DNA from: an uncultured bacterium | GTDB lineage: Bacteria; Macinerneyibacteriota; Macinerneyibacteria; Macinerneyibacteriales; DSCS01 | NCBI GenBank assembly: GCA_964548195.1 | Contig: CAZJQC010000030.1 | Coordinates: 1 to 15,570, forward strand | Direction: 5' to 3' | Length of the DNA stretch: 15,570 nucleotides | In this document: piece by piece, positions 1 to 8,430 of the stretch | Numbering within the stretch: position 1 is the first letter of the stretch | Layout of the letters: each line of letters opens with the position of its first letter | Position numbers and translations under genes: made by a program | The notes under the pieces: generated by a model | What the model saw: the letters and a program-made list of their open reading frames with translations, nothing else | What the model was told of the DNA's origin: nothing | The model's database searches: none

Positions 1-1
1 C

Positions 2-361
2 AAAAGCCTTTGCGATTCCTATGCCCTTGATTACGAGCATGTCAGGGAGATGGTCTGGGAAAGAGAAGAAAAGATGACTACAGGCATCGGCGGGAATGTC
101 GCTGTGCCGCATGCCAGACTCGACGGTATCGACAATTTTTACATAGCCATAATGATCAACAAAGAAGGGATCGATTTCGACGCCCTGGACGGAAGACCCG
201 TAAACATAATCACCCTCCTGCTCTCCCCTCGCGACATGGTGAAGGAACATATCGCATTGCTCTCAAAACTATCGTATTTCCTTACCGAAGAGGATTCACA
301 CAGAATACTGCTGGAAGCGTCAACGATCGCAGACGTCGAGGCATTGGCAAAAAAGTTCTGA
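2..361 (+). CDS. PTS EIIA (Fru/Ntr-type, PTS_EIIA_2) domain protein, 5'-truncated by window edge
   Basis: Frame is open from base 2 (KSLCDSYALDYEHVREM...). Contains REEKMTTGIGGNVAVPHA with the phospho-His, plus GIDFDALDGRPV and HIALLSKLS, typical of PtsN/FruA EIIA. Confidence 0.9.
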   Translation, partial: KSLCDSYALDYEHVREMVWEREEKMTTGIGGNVAVPHARLDGIDNFYIAIMINKEGIDFDALDGRPVNIITLLLSPRDMVKEHIALLSKLSYFLTEEDSHRILLEASTIADVEALAKKF

Positions 362-362
362 A

Positions 363-1019
363 CTATTTAAAGACCCTGCCTGTCTCTCTTTGCCACAACA
401 GCAGATCGAGGTCTGCCATGGATATTTCCCGCGAGGAACAAAATCCCCTCATAAGCCCTTCGATCTCAACATAGTCAGCCCCGGTCACGCTGGAGGGCAC
501 GGCTCCGATCACCCCAAGACGGACAAGGTTTTTCAGTATATGACGGTCCAGTATGGCCAGATCCTCGCCGAAACCCACATTACGAAGAAAATGGCTGGAC
601 TCTTTCCAGCCTATGCCCTTTACGTTCCTGATCAGAAAAGCCCTTTTTTCAGATACAGTCCCGATACCGGACAAAGTCTCCCGTATACGCATCGACCCGT
701 CCGAAACAAAAAAATCCCTGGCCTCTATGATATATTTCGACTTATTATTGAAAAACCTTACGGGGAATACGGCCTCGCGTATCTCTTCATACCCCCCTGT
801 AAACAACAGATCATGCGCAAGCAGCCGTTTGACCGCATCCCAGCAGACAAAAGCCCCCGACTGCGGCGTAAGTATACAGAATGTAAGCTCTGCGAATATG
901 CGACGTTCGTCTCCTTCGGCCCATAACCGGGCATATCCCTGCTTAGCCCTGTCTATCTCATCTCTGAGTCGTATAAGGTCAACGTTAAGCTCGGCGAAGT
1001 ATTTTTCATCTATTCTCAT
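363..1019 (-). CDS. ogg: 8-oxoguanine DNA glycosylase/AP lyase, Ogg2 (archaeal/Thermotoga-type N-glycosylase/DNA lyase)
   Basis: ELTFCILTPQS, VRFFNNKSKYI, HhH motif VKGIGWKESSHFLRNVG (catalytic Lys), AILDRHI (catalytic Asp), DLLLW and a terminal Lys. ATGA overlap with the radC stop; AAGGAGG upstream. Confidence 0.9.
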   Translation of the reverse strand: MRIDEKYFAELNVDLIRLRDEIDRAKQGYARLWAEGDERRIFAELTFCILTPQSGAFVCWDAVKRLLAHDLLFTGGYEEIREAVFPVRFFNNKSKYIIEARDFFVSDGSMRIRETLSGIGTVSEKRAFLIRNVKGIGWKESSHFLRNVGFGEDLAILDRHILKNLVRLGVIGAVPSSVTGADYVEIEGLMRGFCSSREISMADLDLLLWQRETGRVFK

Positions 1020-1696
1020 AGAAGCCCTTCCTCCTTAAAACTGAAATAGCCGTCTGCTGTGATTATAAGGTGATCCAGCAATGTTATCTCCATCTTTCCT
1101 GCCAATTCGGCGATCTTTTCGGTAAAACTGACATCCGCCTCCGAAGGCTCCATCCTGCCGGACGGATGGTTGTGTACCAGTATCATTGCGGCGGCCTCTT
1201 GCCTCAATGCGTCCGAGATGATATTCCTCGGATAAACGTATGAAAAATTGACGGTTCCCTGCTGATATCCCGCCACATGCAGGACACTCCCTGCGGCATT
1301 GACATATACCACACAGAACTCCTCCCTTGGCGTCCCGCCGTAATAGGCGGAAAAATATGATATCACAGCGCCGGGGGAATCAAGCACGCTGCCGGTTTCG
1401 CGGAGCTCTCCGGCAAGATAACGGGTGACAAGGGCCTTGACAAAAAGCATCGCTTCGGCCGTCCTCGCGCCGATGCCGTCGACCTTTATCAGATCGTCAT
1501 ACGACGCATCCAGCACGCCCTTTAGCGACCCGAACTCCCTGCAAAGTGATTTGGCCCGTATACGACAGTCCTTCCTGACGTCGACAAGGCCGAGAAGAAA
1601 TTCCAGTATCTCATAGTCTGCGAAGCCCTTAAGCCCGCCTTTCAAAAAGCGTTCTCTAAGTCTTTGCTTGTGTCCCGAATTTTCGTTTTTATCCAT
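1016..1696 (-). CDS. radC: RadC family protein (N-terminal HhH + JAB/MPN domain)
   Basis: GHKQRLRERF, DYEILEFLL, HhH VDGIG, E...GTVN..VYPR and intact JAB motif HNHPSG...PSEAD, LLDHLII. Confidence 0.95.
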   Translation of the reverse strand: MDKNENSGHKQRLRERFLKGGLKGFADYEILEFLLGLVDVRKDCRIRAKSLCREFGSLKGVLDASYDDLIKVDGIGARTAEAMLFVKALVTRYLAGELRETGSVLDSPGAVISYFSAYYGGTPREEFCVVYVNAAGSVLHVAGYQQGTVNFSYVYPRNIISDALRQEAAAMILVHNHPSGRMEPSEADVSFTEKIAELAGKMEITLLDHLIITADGYFSFKEEGLL

Positions 1697-1697
1697 G

Positions 1698-2849
1698 TCA
1701 ATAGGAAAACAACGGCTCTATTTTGATCACAATGCTTTTTATCTGCGGGTATTTTAATCTGATCGAATTCTTTAAGTCATAAATCAATTCGGATTTTTCA
1801 TCTTTTCCCGGATTTCTTGAGACGCTGATATCGAACACTATATTGACCCTTTTCTGGCCGATCTTCCTGAGATCGTGAAAAGAGTCCACAAAATCATATG
1901 CTTCCACCTTATGTGCGATAAATCCGGAGACATCTTTCAAAAACTCGTCATTATTATCCACGGGGTCAATATGGACTACGGATTTGATTTTGAACTTTTC
2001 ATCGATGCTTTCCTCCACGCGCTCGCTGATCTCATGGGCGGCGTCAAAAGACATGTTGATGTCCAGTTCTATATGCAGGCTTACAACATCATATCCGCCG
2101 TAATTGTTCACGATGATGTCATGGACGCCTGTCACCGGCTCGAAACTCAAGGCAAAACTTTTCAGTTCGTCCACGAACTCCTTTGTAGGCTGCTTTCCTA
2201 TGAGGCAGCTGACCGCATCCCTTGCCACTTCATATCCGGAATACATGATAAACAGGGACACGACAATGCCGAGATATCCGTCGGCTCCGTTGACGATAAA
2301 AGTGACCAGCACAAGTATGGACGACAACGCATCCGACCGGTGATGCCATCCGTCTGCCTGAAGCGTTCCCGAGTCTATCTTTTTGCCGATGAAGACCGCG
2401 GCCCTCGCCATGAATTCCTTTATGAAGATGGAAATGAATATGGCAAGAAAAAAGATCAGCGATTTTCTGATGTCCCCGGGATTTGCAATCGCATATACCG
2501 ATTTTTTTATAAACTCTATGCCTGTAATGAACAGAAGAAAAGAAATGGCAAGCGTCGTTATATATTCGACCCGGCGGTGTCCGAAAGGGTGTTCCTTGTC
2601 GGGAGGCATATACGCCGCCTTAAAGCCAAGCACCACGCCCACCGAAGAGATCACATCCGTCAGCGTATGCACCGCGTCGGCGATTATCGCCACACTGCGG
2701 CTCAGTACCCCGACAGTGATCTTAAGCGCAAACAGCAGTACGTTCAGCACTATGCTGAAATATCCCTCGTATTTCCCCCAATATTCCTTGTCATCGAATC
2801 CGTGCGCCGCAATATTGGATTTGAACAGCCATGAAAACAGCCTATCCAT
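1698..2849 (-). CDS. Cation diffusion facilitator (CDF, FieF-like) transporter with extended C-terminus
   Basis: SVAIIADAVHTLTD (TM2), PPDKEHPFGHRRVEY, DGWHHRSD (TM5), C-terminal domain VHDIIV...HIE...AHEISERVE...HIDP and a second similar segment FHDLR...VFDI...IKIEP. Confidence 0.92.
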   Translation of the reverse strand: MDRLFSWLFKSNIAAHGFDDKEYWGKYEGYFSIVLNVLLFALKITVGVLSRSVAIIADAVHTLTDVISSVGVVLGFKAAYMPPDKEHPFGHRRVEYITTLAISFLLFITGIEFIKKSVYAIANPGDIRKSLIFFLAIFISIFIKEFMARAAVFIGKKIDSGTLQADGWHHRSDALSSILVLVTFIVNGADGYLGIVVSLFIMYSGYEVARDAVSCLIGKQPTKEFVDELKSFALSFEPVTGVHDIIVNNYGGYDVVSLHIELDINMSFDAAHEISERVEESIDEKFKIKSVVHIDPVDNNDEFLKDVSGFIAHKVEAYDFVDSFHDLRKIGQKRVNIVFDISVSRNPGKDEKSELIYDLKNSIRLKYPQIKSIVIKIEPLFSY

Positions 2850-2852
2850 CCG

Positions 2853-3245
2853 TCACTCCTGCGCATCCTTCTTAAAGGACTGCAGTCCGTCTTTTGTGAG
2901 CGGATAGCTGGCCCCGCGGAAAAAGAGTTCGCGGCCTTCAAGATACGCAGTCAGCCCGTCGTGTTCTTTGTCAGCGGCATATCGCTCGGCCGATACGCGG
3001 TCTGCAAAGACAAACAACGCGTCATCGTCCGTTTCTTGTAATCTTTCCGTGGAGATCGTCTCACATCCCAGTACCGATGAGACAAGTTCCGCGTCCTCAT
3101 CGGCATGATCCGAGACTACATATATGACACGCGTGGTCTCACTGACGTACCGGCAGACACCGTCATCGCACTCAATGCCGGCCGATGCGAGGGCAGCCAG
3201 GGAAAATACGGCCGACAGAAGAGCAAATATTCTGCGAGAAGTCAT
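2853..3245 (-). CDS. Hypothetical secreted protein (130 aa) with N-terminal CDDGVC motif
   Basis: ATG at 3245 overlaps the purM TGA (ATGA). Signal peptide MTSRRIFALLSAVFSLAALASA. Fills the gap between purM and the CDF gene exactly. The ORF-track start at 3296 lies inside purM. Confidence 0.75.
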   Translation of the reverse strand: MTSRRIFALLSAVFSLAALASAGIECDDGVCRYVSETTRVIYVVSDHADEDAELVSSVLGCETISTERLQETDDDALFVFADRVSAERYAADKEHDGLTAYLEGRELFFRGASYPLTKDGLQSFKKDAQE

Positions 3246-4225
3246 ATGAACCGCACCCCGCCTTCGCTTTTCTCCACATGGCCTATCACGCTGCATTCCT
3301 CGCCCTGTGCCCGAAGGAATTCAACGGCATGCTCGGAATCCTTTGGGTCCACGGCCAATATGAATCCTATTCCCATATTAAATGTCCTGAACATCTCCGC
3401 CTCATCCACGCCGGCGCCGGAGATCATGCGGAATATTTCAGGGACGTCCCATGAGCCTTTTTTTATGGCAGCCCCAAGGCCTTCGTTTAATATTCGCGGT
3501 ATGTTTTCATAAAAACCGCCTCCGGTCACATGCACCATGCCGTTGATCTTGACGCTTTCCATCAACGCCAGGACATTTTTCACATATATCCTGGTAGGCG
3601 TGAGAAGTTCATCCAGGACTGCCTCCGATGTCTCGCTGTCCAGCAATGCCTTCCTTGCAAGACTGTATCCGTTGGAATGAAGTCCGCTCGACCGTAAGCC
3701 TATCAGAGCGTCGCCCTCGGCGACATCGGCTCCCGTCACGATCCGGTCGCGTTCACACACCCCCACGGCAAATCCCGCGAGATCGTACTCGCCGCCCGAA
3801 TAAAAGCCCGGCATTTCGGCCGTCTCACCGCCCAGAAGAGCGCATCCGGAAAGCTCGCAACCGCGTATTATGCCGTCAACAATGGATTCTATCTTTTCAG
3901 GCGACACCTGGGAAGTCGCAATATAATCCAAAAAAAACAGCGGCCTGGCCCCCTGGGCCAAAATATCGTTTACACTCATGGCAACCAGGTCTATGCCGAC
4001 CGTATCGTGTTTGTCTTTAATAAATGCGATCTTGAGTTTTGTCCCGACACCGTCCGTTCCCGAAACCAGGACCGGATCCCTGTATCCGCTCAGGGCATAA
4101 AGTCCGCCGAAGGAGCCAAGCTCCGTGAGCACATGAGAGTCATATGTGGATTTGACCTTGTCTTTTATCCTTTTTACAGCCTCATTACCCTTGTCGATAT
4201 CGACCCCGGCATCCTTATATTTCAT
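3242..4225 (-). CDS. purM: Phosphoribosylformylglycinamidine cyclo-ligase (AIR synthetase)
   Basis: YKDAGVDIDKGN, GSFGG, TDGVGTK, DLVAMSVND, GGETAEMP, SSGLHSNGYSL, HVTGGG, TFNMGIG. Start re-set to ATG 4225 with GGAGG at 4230-4234. Confidence 0.97.
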   Translation of the reverse strand: MKYKDAGVDIDKGNEAVKRIKDKVKSTYDSHVLTELGSFGGLYALSGYRDPVLVSGTDGVGTKLKIAFIKDKHDTVGIDLVAMSVNDILAQGARPLFFLDYIATSQVSPEKIESIVDGIIRGCELSGCALLGGETAEMPGFYSGGEYDLAGFAVGVCERDRIVTGADVAEGDALIGLRSSGLHSNGYSLARKALLDSETSEAVLDELLTPTRIYVKNVLALMESVKINGMVHVTGGGFYENIPRILNEGLGAAIKKGSWDVPEIFRMISGAGVDEAEMFRTFNMGIGFILAVDPKDSEHAVEFLRAQGEECSVIGHVEKSEGGVRFI

Positions 4226-4251
4226 ATTTCCTCCGTAACGGTTCAATTAAA

Positions 4252-4279
4252 ATTATATACTAAATTATTGTCCGCTCAA
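4252..4279 (-). promoter_or_regulatory. Possible internal sigma70 promoter for purM and downstream genes
   Basis: Minus strand TTGAGC (4279-4274), 16 nt, TATAAT (4257-4252), in an AT-rich 39-nt intergenic gap. Confidence 0.4.
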
Positions 4280-4966
4280 GCCGCTTTTCAAGGATATGAC
4301 TTCATCATCGCTCAAAGGCCGCTGTTCTCCCGGCTTCATCCCCCGAAGCGTCACTGTTCCTATGCGGCTTCTTACCAGGCCGGTCACCGTAAGCCCCACT
4401 TTTGCGGCCATCTTTCTTACTTGGCGGTTCCGTCCCTCGGTGATGACAATAGTAAAAGACCTGGGCGACGTTTTTTCCACCATGGCTTCCCGCGTCATCC
4501 TGCCGTCTATCCTGAGACCGCCGCGCAATTTTGCCAGCGCGCCTTCATGGACATTTTCAGTCACTGTGACCTGATATTCCTTCTCTTTGCGCGATGACGG
4601 GGACATGATGGAATTGACAAACGGGCCGTCGTCGGAAAACAACATGAGCCCCTCGCTCTCCTTGTCCAGCCTGCCGGCATATGAAAGGCCGCGCACTGCG
4701 CCGGAAAGGCCGCGTCCCTCGTTTTCGGAAAAGGTGCTTGTGACCCCTGCCGGTTTGTAATAGGCGATGTACTTGAAATTTTCGGTTGCTTTTTTTAATG
4801 CCTCGGAAACGGTCACGAGATCGGCATCCTCGTCAACAGGAAAAGCGGGGTCCTTTATCACGACGCCGTTCACCATGACAAACCCCTGCCTTATGAATTC
4901 CTCACCTTTGCGCCGGGAGGCGAAGCCAAGATCTTTTAGACGTTTGTTCAGCCTGACAGTGCCCAT
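4265..4966 (-). CDS. rRNA pseudouridine synthase, RsuA/RluB/RluF family (S4 + catalytic domain)
   Basis: S4 start VRLNKRL..GFASRRKGEEFI..G.V.VNG; YYKPAG; catalytic GRLDKESEGL; EKEY; ITEGRNRQVRKM. Confidence 0.95.
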   Translation of the reverse strand: MGTVRLNKRLKDLGFASRRKGEEFIRQGFVMVNGVVIKDPAFPVDEDADLVTVSEALKKATENFKYIAYYKPAGVTSTFSENEGRGLSGAVRGLSYAGRLDKESEGLMLFSDDGPFVNSIMSPSSRKEKEYQVTVTENVHEGALAKLRGGLRIDGRMTREAMVEKTSPRSFTIVITEGRNRQVRKMAAKVGLTVTGLVRSRIGTVTLRGMKPGEQRPLSDDEVISLKSGLSGQ

Positions 4967-4967
4967 T

Positions 4968-5318
4968 TTAATCCAGAAGTCTCATATGCCTTGCTGCTGA
5001 CCCCAGAATCGGAAACTCGCATATCTCTTTCCGTATGAACAACACGATCCCGGTGACGGATATTGAAAAATTAAGCAGCATAAGCATTAAAAATATCAGC
5101 TCCCCCACCTTCGGGATGTATAGGGACAGGAACGAGAGAAGGAAAAACACAAACTGCACGGCTCCCTGTTTCGCATGATAATAGACAAATTTACTCTTTT
5201 TCGCGTAAACAAAAAGCATTATAAGTGATAAGGGAAGCCCGTAGGAAAAAACGCCCATCCACCACCTTGACTTAAAGATGTCCCTGTCGTCAAAGGTATA
5301 ATACCTCTCTTTGCTCAT
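4968..5318 (-). CDS. Small integral membrane protein, DUF4870-like
   Basis: Three hydrophobic stretches with SY...KSKFVYYHAKQG...FPILG, a pattern typical of DUF4870/Tic20-like proteins. ATGA overlap with iorB. Confidence 0.7.
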   Translation of the reverse strand: MSKERYYTFDDRDIFKSRWWMGVFSYGLPLSLIMLFVYAKKSKFVYYHAKQGAVQFVFFLLSFLSLYIPKVGELIFLMLMLLNFSISVTGIVLFIRKEICEFPILGSAARHMRLLD

Positions 5319-5902
5319 TTTTCAGCCATTTCTTTGCCGCGCAAATACGCCTTAAGATTGCCTTCCACAGTCTTTGGGGGGACCATGTTCTTTATGGCCG
5401 TCGTCATCGAAACATCTGAAATGCCCATAAGATGCGACACCGTACCCAAAAGGACCACATTGGCATATCTGGGATTTCCCAGTTCTTCGGCGATGCCCTG
5501 GGCGTCGACAAGATAAAACTTGTCGCCATACGTCTTTTTCAGCGTCCCGGCCGGATCACGGGGGTATTTCTTGTCGGAAAAATAAACGGAATTAGGGATG
5601 ATCTCCATGTCATTGGAGACTATGAAGCCGTCTTTTTTCAAAAACTTCGTGAATCTCATGGTTTCAAGGAGTTCAAACGAGAAGATTATGTCAGCTTCGG
5701 CGTCCCCGATCAGAGGCGAGTAGACTTTCCGGCCGTATCTGAGATGTGAGTTCACGCTTCCGCCACGCTGGCTCATGCCGTGCACCTCCGCCTTTTTCAC
5801 ATCGAACCCCTCAAGCATCAGCGCCTCGCTGAGTATCTCACTTGCCGTAAGCACGCCCTGACCGCCGACTCCCACCAATAGAATATTCTTTACTTCGCTC
5901 AT
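5315..5902 (-). CDS. iorB: Indolepyruvate:ferredoxin oxidoreductase beta subunit
   Basis: GVGGQG, AEVHGMSQRGGSV, SPLI, ANVVLLG. Start re-set to ATG 5902 with AAGGAGG upstream. Follows iorA. Confidence 0.95.
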   Translation of the reverse strand: MSEVKNILLVGVGGQGVLTASEILSEALMLEGFDVKKAEVHGMSQRGGSVNSHLRYGRKVYSPLIGDAEADIIFSFELLETMRFTKFLKKDGFIVSNDMEIIPNSVYFSDKKYPRDPAGTLKKTYGDKFYLVDAQGIAEELGNPRYANVVLLGTVSHLMGISDVSMTTAIKNMVPPKTVEGNLKAYLRGKEMAEK

Positions 5903-5915
5903 GATTCCCTCCTTG

Positions 5916-7667
5916 TCAGACAAGTTCAATGGCGCCTTTGGGGCATACCTGTGAACACACGGAACAGCCCGTGCACATCGTATCCATTATATGCGCTTTA
6001 GTCTCATCAGCGTTCTTTATCACGGCGGGACAGCCCACTTTCAGGCACAGTCCGCAATTAATGCATTTATCCTCGTTTACCTTGTATTTTTTCAGGTCAT
6101 ATTTCATACCCCGTATAAGCATGCACGGATTCTTTGTTATGATGACGGAGACTTCCTCCCGCGCCGTCTCCGCCTTGATGACATTTTTAAGCGCGTCAAG
6201 GTCATAGGAGTCAACGACAGTCACATGCTTCACACCCAGTGACCGGGACAGAGCCTCAAGATCTATCTCGTTTGCGGGCTCGCCGGTAAGGGTATGGCCC
6301 GTGCCGGGGTTCTGTTGCCTGCCGGTCATCGCCGTGATCCGGTTGTCCAGTATTATCACGGTGTTGGCGCCCCGATTGTATACGGCATCCATCAGTCCGG
6401 TGACGCCGGAGTGCATGAATGTCGAATCGCCTATGACTGCAACCGAGTTTTTGGAAAAATCCATGCCCAGAGCCTTCTCGAGCCCTATGTTCACCCCGAT
6501 TGAAGCGCCCATGGCGATGGTCGAATCCATCGCGGAGAGCGGAGGCTGAACACCCAGCGTATAGCATCCTATATCGCCGGTGACGACAGTCTTCAGTTTG
6601 TTCAATGTATAGAAAACCCCGCGGTGGGGGCATCCGGCGCATAATATCGGAAGACGCACAGGCATGGCCGACACATCAAAAGGAGCATCCGGCGAAACGT
6701 TTGTGCGCCCGGAAACGGAATCCCTGATTATCTGGGTGTTCAGCTCTCCTATGCGTGAAAACACATCCTTGCCGATCACTTCTATGCCTTCCGCCTTTAT
6801 CATCTCTTCCATGAAGGGCTCAAGCTCCTCGGCGACATACAGCTTCCCGACCCTGCCTGCGAATTCACGTATCTTATCCATGGGAAGAGGAAAACTCATC
6901 CCAAGTTTGAGCACGGAAGCGTCCGGAAAGGCTTCTTTCACATATTGATAGGATATGCCGGATGTCACGAAGCCCTTTTCAGTACCGTTCATCTCAATGC
7001 GGTTTATGTCCGCGTTTTCCGAGAATTCCTTAAGTCTCAGCGTACGCTCTTCTATAACGGGGTGCCGTTTTCTTGCGTTCGCGGGCACCATGACATATTT
7101 TGAAGGCTGTCTTTCAAATTTTTTCTCTTTGCCGGATCCCCGCCGTTCTGAAAGTTCCACGACTGTCTTTGTATGTGAGATCCTCGTGGTGGTCCTTAAC
7201 ATGACGGGTGTATCAAACTTTTCGCTGATATCAAGCGCCACCCCCACAAAATCTTTGCACTCCTGCGAATCGGACGGTTCCAGCAGCGGTATTTTTGCAA
7301 ATTTTGCGTAAAACCTGTTGTCCTGTTCGTTCTGTGAAGAATGCATGCCGGGGTCGTCGGCAGATATAAGCACAAAACCGCCGTTGACTCCGGTATAGGT
7401 CAGTGTCAGCAGAGGGTCGGCGGCCACGTTCACGCCGACGTGCTTCATGGCGACCAGCGTGCGGGCGCCTCCAAAACATGAGCCTATCCCCACTTCAAGG
7501 GCGACTTTTTCGTTGGGAGACCACTGCGCCTTTACCACATCCTTGTACTGGACCATGCTTTCAAGTATCTCGGTGCTCGGAGTCCCGGGATAAGCCGCGG
7601 CCACATCACCGCCATTCTCATAAAAGCCTCTGGCTATGGCTTCGTTCCCCGACAAAAGCTTTTTCAT
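5916..7667 (-). CDS. iorA: Indolepyruvate:ferredoxin oxidoreductase alpha subunit
   Basis: LSGNEAIARG, YPGTPSTE, NEKVALE, MKHVGVNVAADP, DDPGMHSSQNEQD, CAGCPHR, GDIGCY, TPP motif GDSTF..SG...LDN and C-terminal 2x[4Fe-4S] (CINCGLC..CP; CTGCSVCSQVCP). Confidence 0.97.
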   Translation of the reverse strand: MKKLLSGNEAIARGFYENGGDVAAAYPGTPSTEILESMVQYKDVVKAQWSPNEKVALEVGIGSCFGGARTLVAMKHVGVNVAADPLLTLTYTGVNGGFVLISADDPGMHSSQNEQDNRFYAKFAKIPLLEPSDSQECKDFVGVALDISEKFDTPVMLRTTTRISHTKTVVELSERRGSGKEKKFERQPSKYVMVPANARKRHPVIEERTLRLKEFSENADINRIEMNGTEKGFVTSGISYQYVKEAFPDASVLKLGMSFPLPMDKIREFAGRVGKLYVAEELEPFMEEMIKAEGIEVIGKDVFSRIGELNTQIIRDSVSGRTNVSPDAPFDVSAMPVRLPILCAGCPHRGVFYTLNKLKTVVTGDIGCYTLGVQPPLSAMDSTIAMGASIGVNIGLEKALGMDFSKNSVAVIGDSTFMHSGVTGLMDAVYNRGANTVIILDNRITAMTGRQQNPGTGHTLTGEPANEIDLEALSRSLGVKHVTVVDSYDLDALKNVIKAETAREEVSVIITKNPCMLIRGMKYDLKKYKVNEDKCINCGLCLKVGCPAVIKNADETKAHIMDTMCTGCSVCSQVCPKGAIELV

Positions 7668-8311
7668 AATACCTCCCTGAGGCTTGTCATATCCTTGTAA
7701 ACCGATTTGTCGCCAAAACTGCTTTTCAGTTCAGCGGCAACCGCCTCGGCCGTTTTCAGGTCATCAGTCTTTAAAGCGCCTATGTATCTGAGATACAGGG
7801 CGTTCTCATAAGCGGGGTCGTCCCTGCCGACTTTCAGCAGCATCTCTTCGGCTTTCTCAAACTCGCCCAGGTTCTGATACTGTCCCGCGGCGGCGACATA
7901 GGCGCGCCCTTTTTCCATCAGATGTTTTGAGGATCTGCGGAAATATTCCGCCGAAACGGCGTCTTCCCCTCTTTCGGCATAATATGTTCCCAGATCAAAC
8001 AGAAGTTTCGCGCCGTTTTTGGTTGAACCATACTTATCGGCGAGATCTTCCATCACGGCGATCTTGTCGGCGCCGGCTTCCGACATATTTCCGCCGGTCA
8101 CATCCGCTAAAGTAGCAGAGATGTTACGTCCCGCCCGGATATTTTTTTGAATTCCCTGATGATGCATGATTACAAATGCGATAAAAAGGATCAGCAACAC
8201 GCCTGCCGCGGAGACGATCATCGTCAGACGCGGCGCAAACCAGCTCACTGACCTGGCGAGAAGAGACGCAACCTCATTTTCCTTTAACTTGTGACGTTCG
8301 GTAGATTTCAT
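7664..8311 (-). CDS. Membrane-anchored TPR-like protein (YfgM/TPR_21-like)
   Basis: N-terminal ERHKLKENE, a single TM helix (MIVSAAGVLLILFIAFVIM), then helical TPR-like repeats (LLFDLGTYY..G..A..YF; AAGQYQNLGEFEKAEEML). AAGGGGG RBS. Confidence 0.7.
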   Translation of the reverse strand: MKSTERHKLKENEVASLLARSVSWFAPRLTMIVSAAGVLLILFIAFVIMHHQGIQKNIRAGRNISATLADVTGGNMSEAGADKIAVMEDLADKYGSTKNGAKLLFDLGTYYAERGEDAVSAEYFRRSSKHLMEKGRAYVAAAGQYQNLGEFEKAEEMLLKVGRDDPAYENALYLRYIGALKTDDLKTAEAVAAELKSSFGDKSVYKDMTSLREVL

Positions 8312-8339
8312 GAAAATTACCCCCTTATAGGCTGAATTA

Positions 8340-8413
8340 TACGCCAGGAGGGATTCGAACCCCCGACCCTTGGTTTAGGAAACCAATGCTCTATCCTACT
8401 GAGCTACTGGCGC
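8340..8413 (-). tRNA. tRNA-Arg(CCT), CCA not encoded
   Basis: GCGCCAG TA GCTC AGTAGGATA GAGC A TTGGT TTCCTAA ACCAA GGGTC GGGGG TTCGAAT CCCTC CTGGCGT A: full cloverleaf with anticodon CCT, followed by TAA rather than CCA. Confidence 0.97.
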
Positions 8414-8430
8414 AGTTCAATGACCACGAG

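Noticed and set aside
390..1038. Two plus-strand ORFs (178 and 161 aa) opposite ogg, and similar shadow ORFs throughout the window
   Set aside because: Antisense or out-of-frame to motif-rich genes, with Ser/Pro/Arg-rich non-protein-like composition.
1016..1696. radC as a marker of a mobile element or defence island
   Set aside because: It is the full-length chromosomal form with the N-terminal HhH region, in a housekeeping context, not the JAB-only form typical of mobile elements.
1875..2834. 319-aa plus-strand ORF antisense to the CDF gene
   Set aside because: Lies entirely opposite a well-supported gene and has no recognisable motif or RBS. Long stop-free shadow frames are common opposite real genes.
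8340..8413. tRNA-Arg as a possible prophage/island integration site
   Set aside because: No integrase and no duplicated tRNA 3' end seen in the window; flanking genes are housekeeping.
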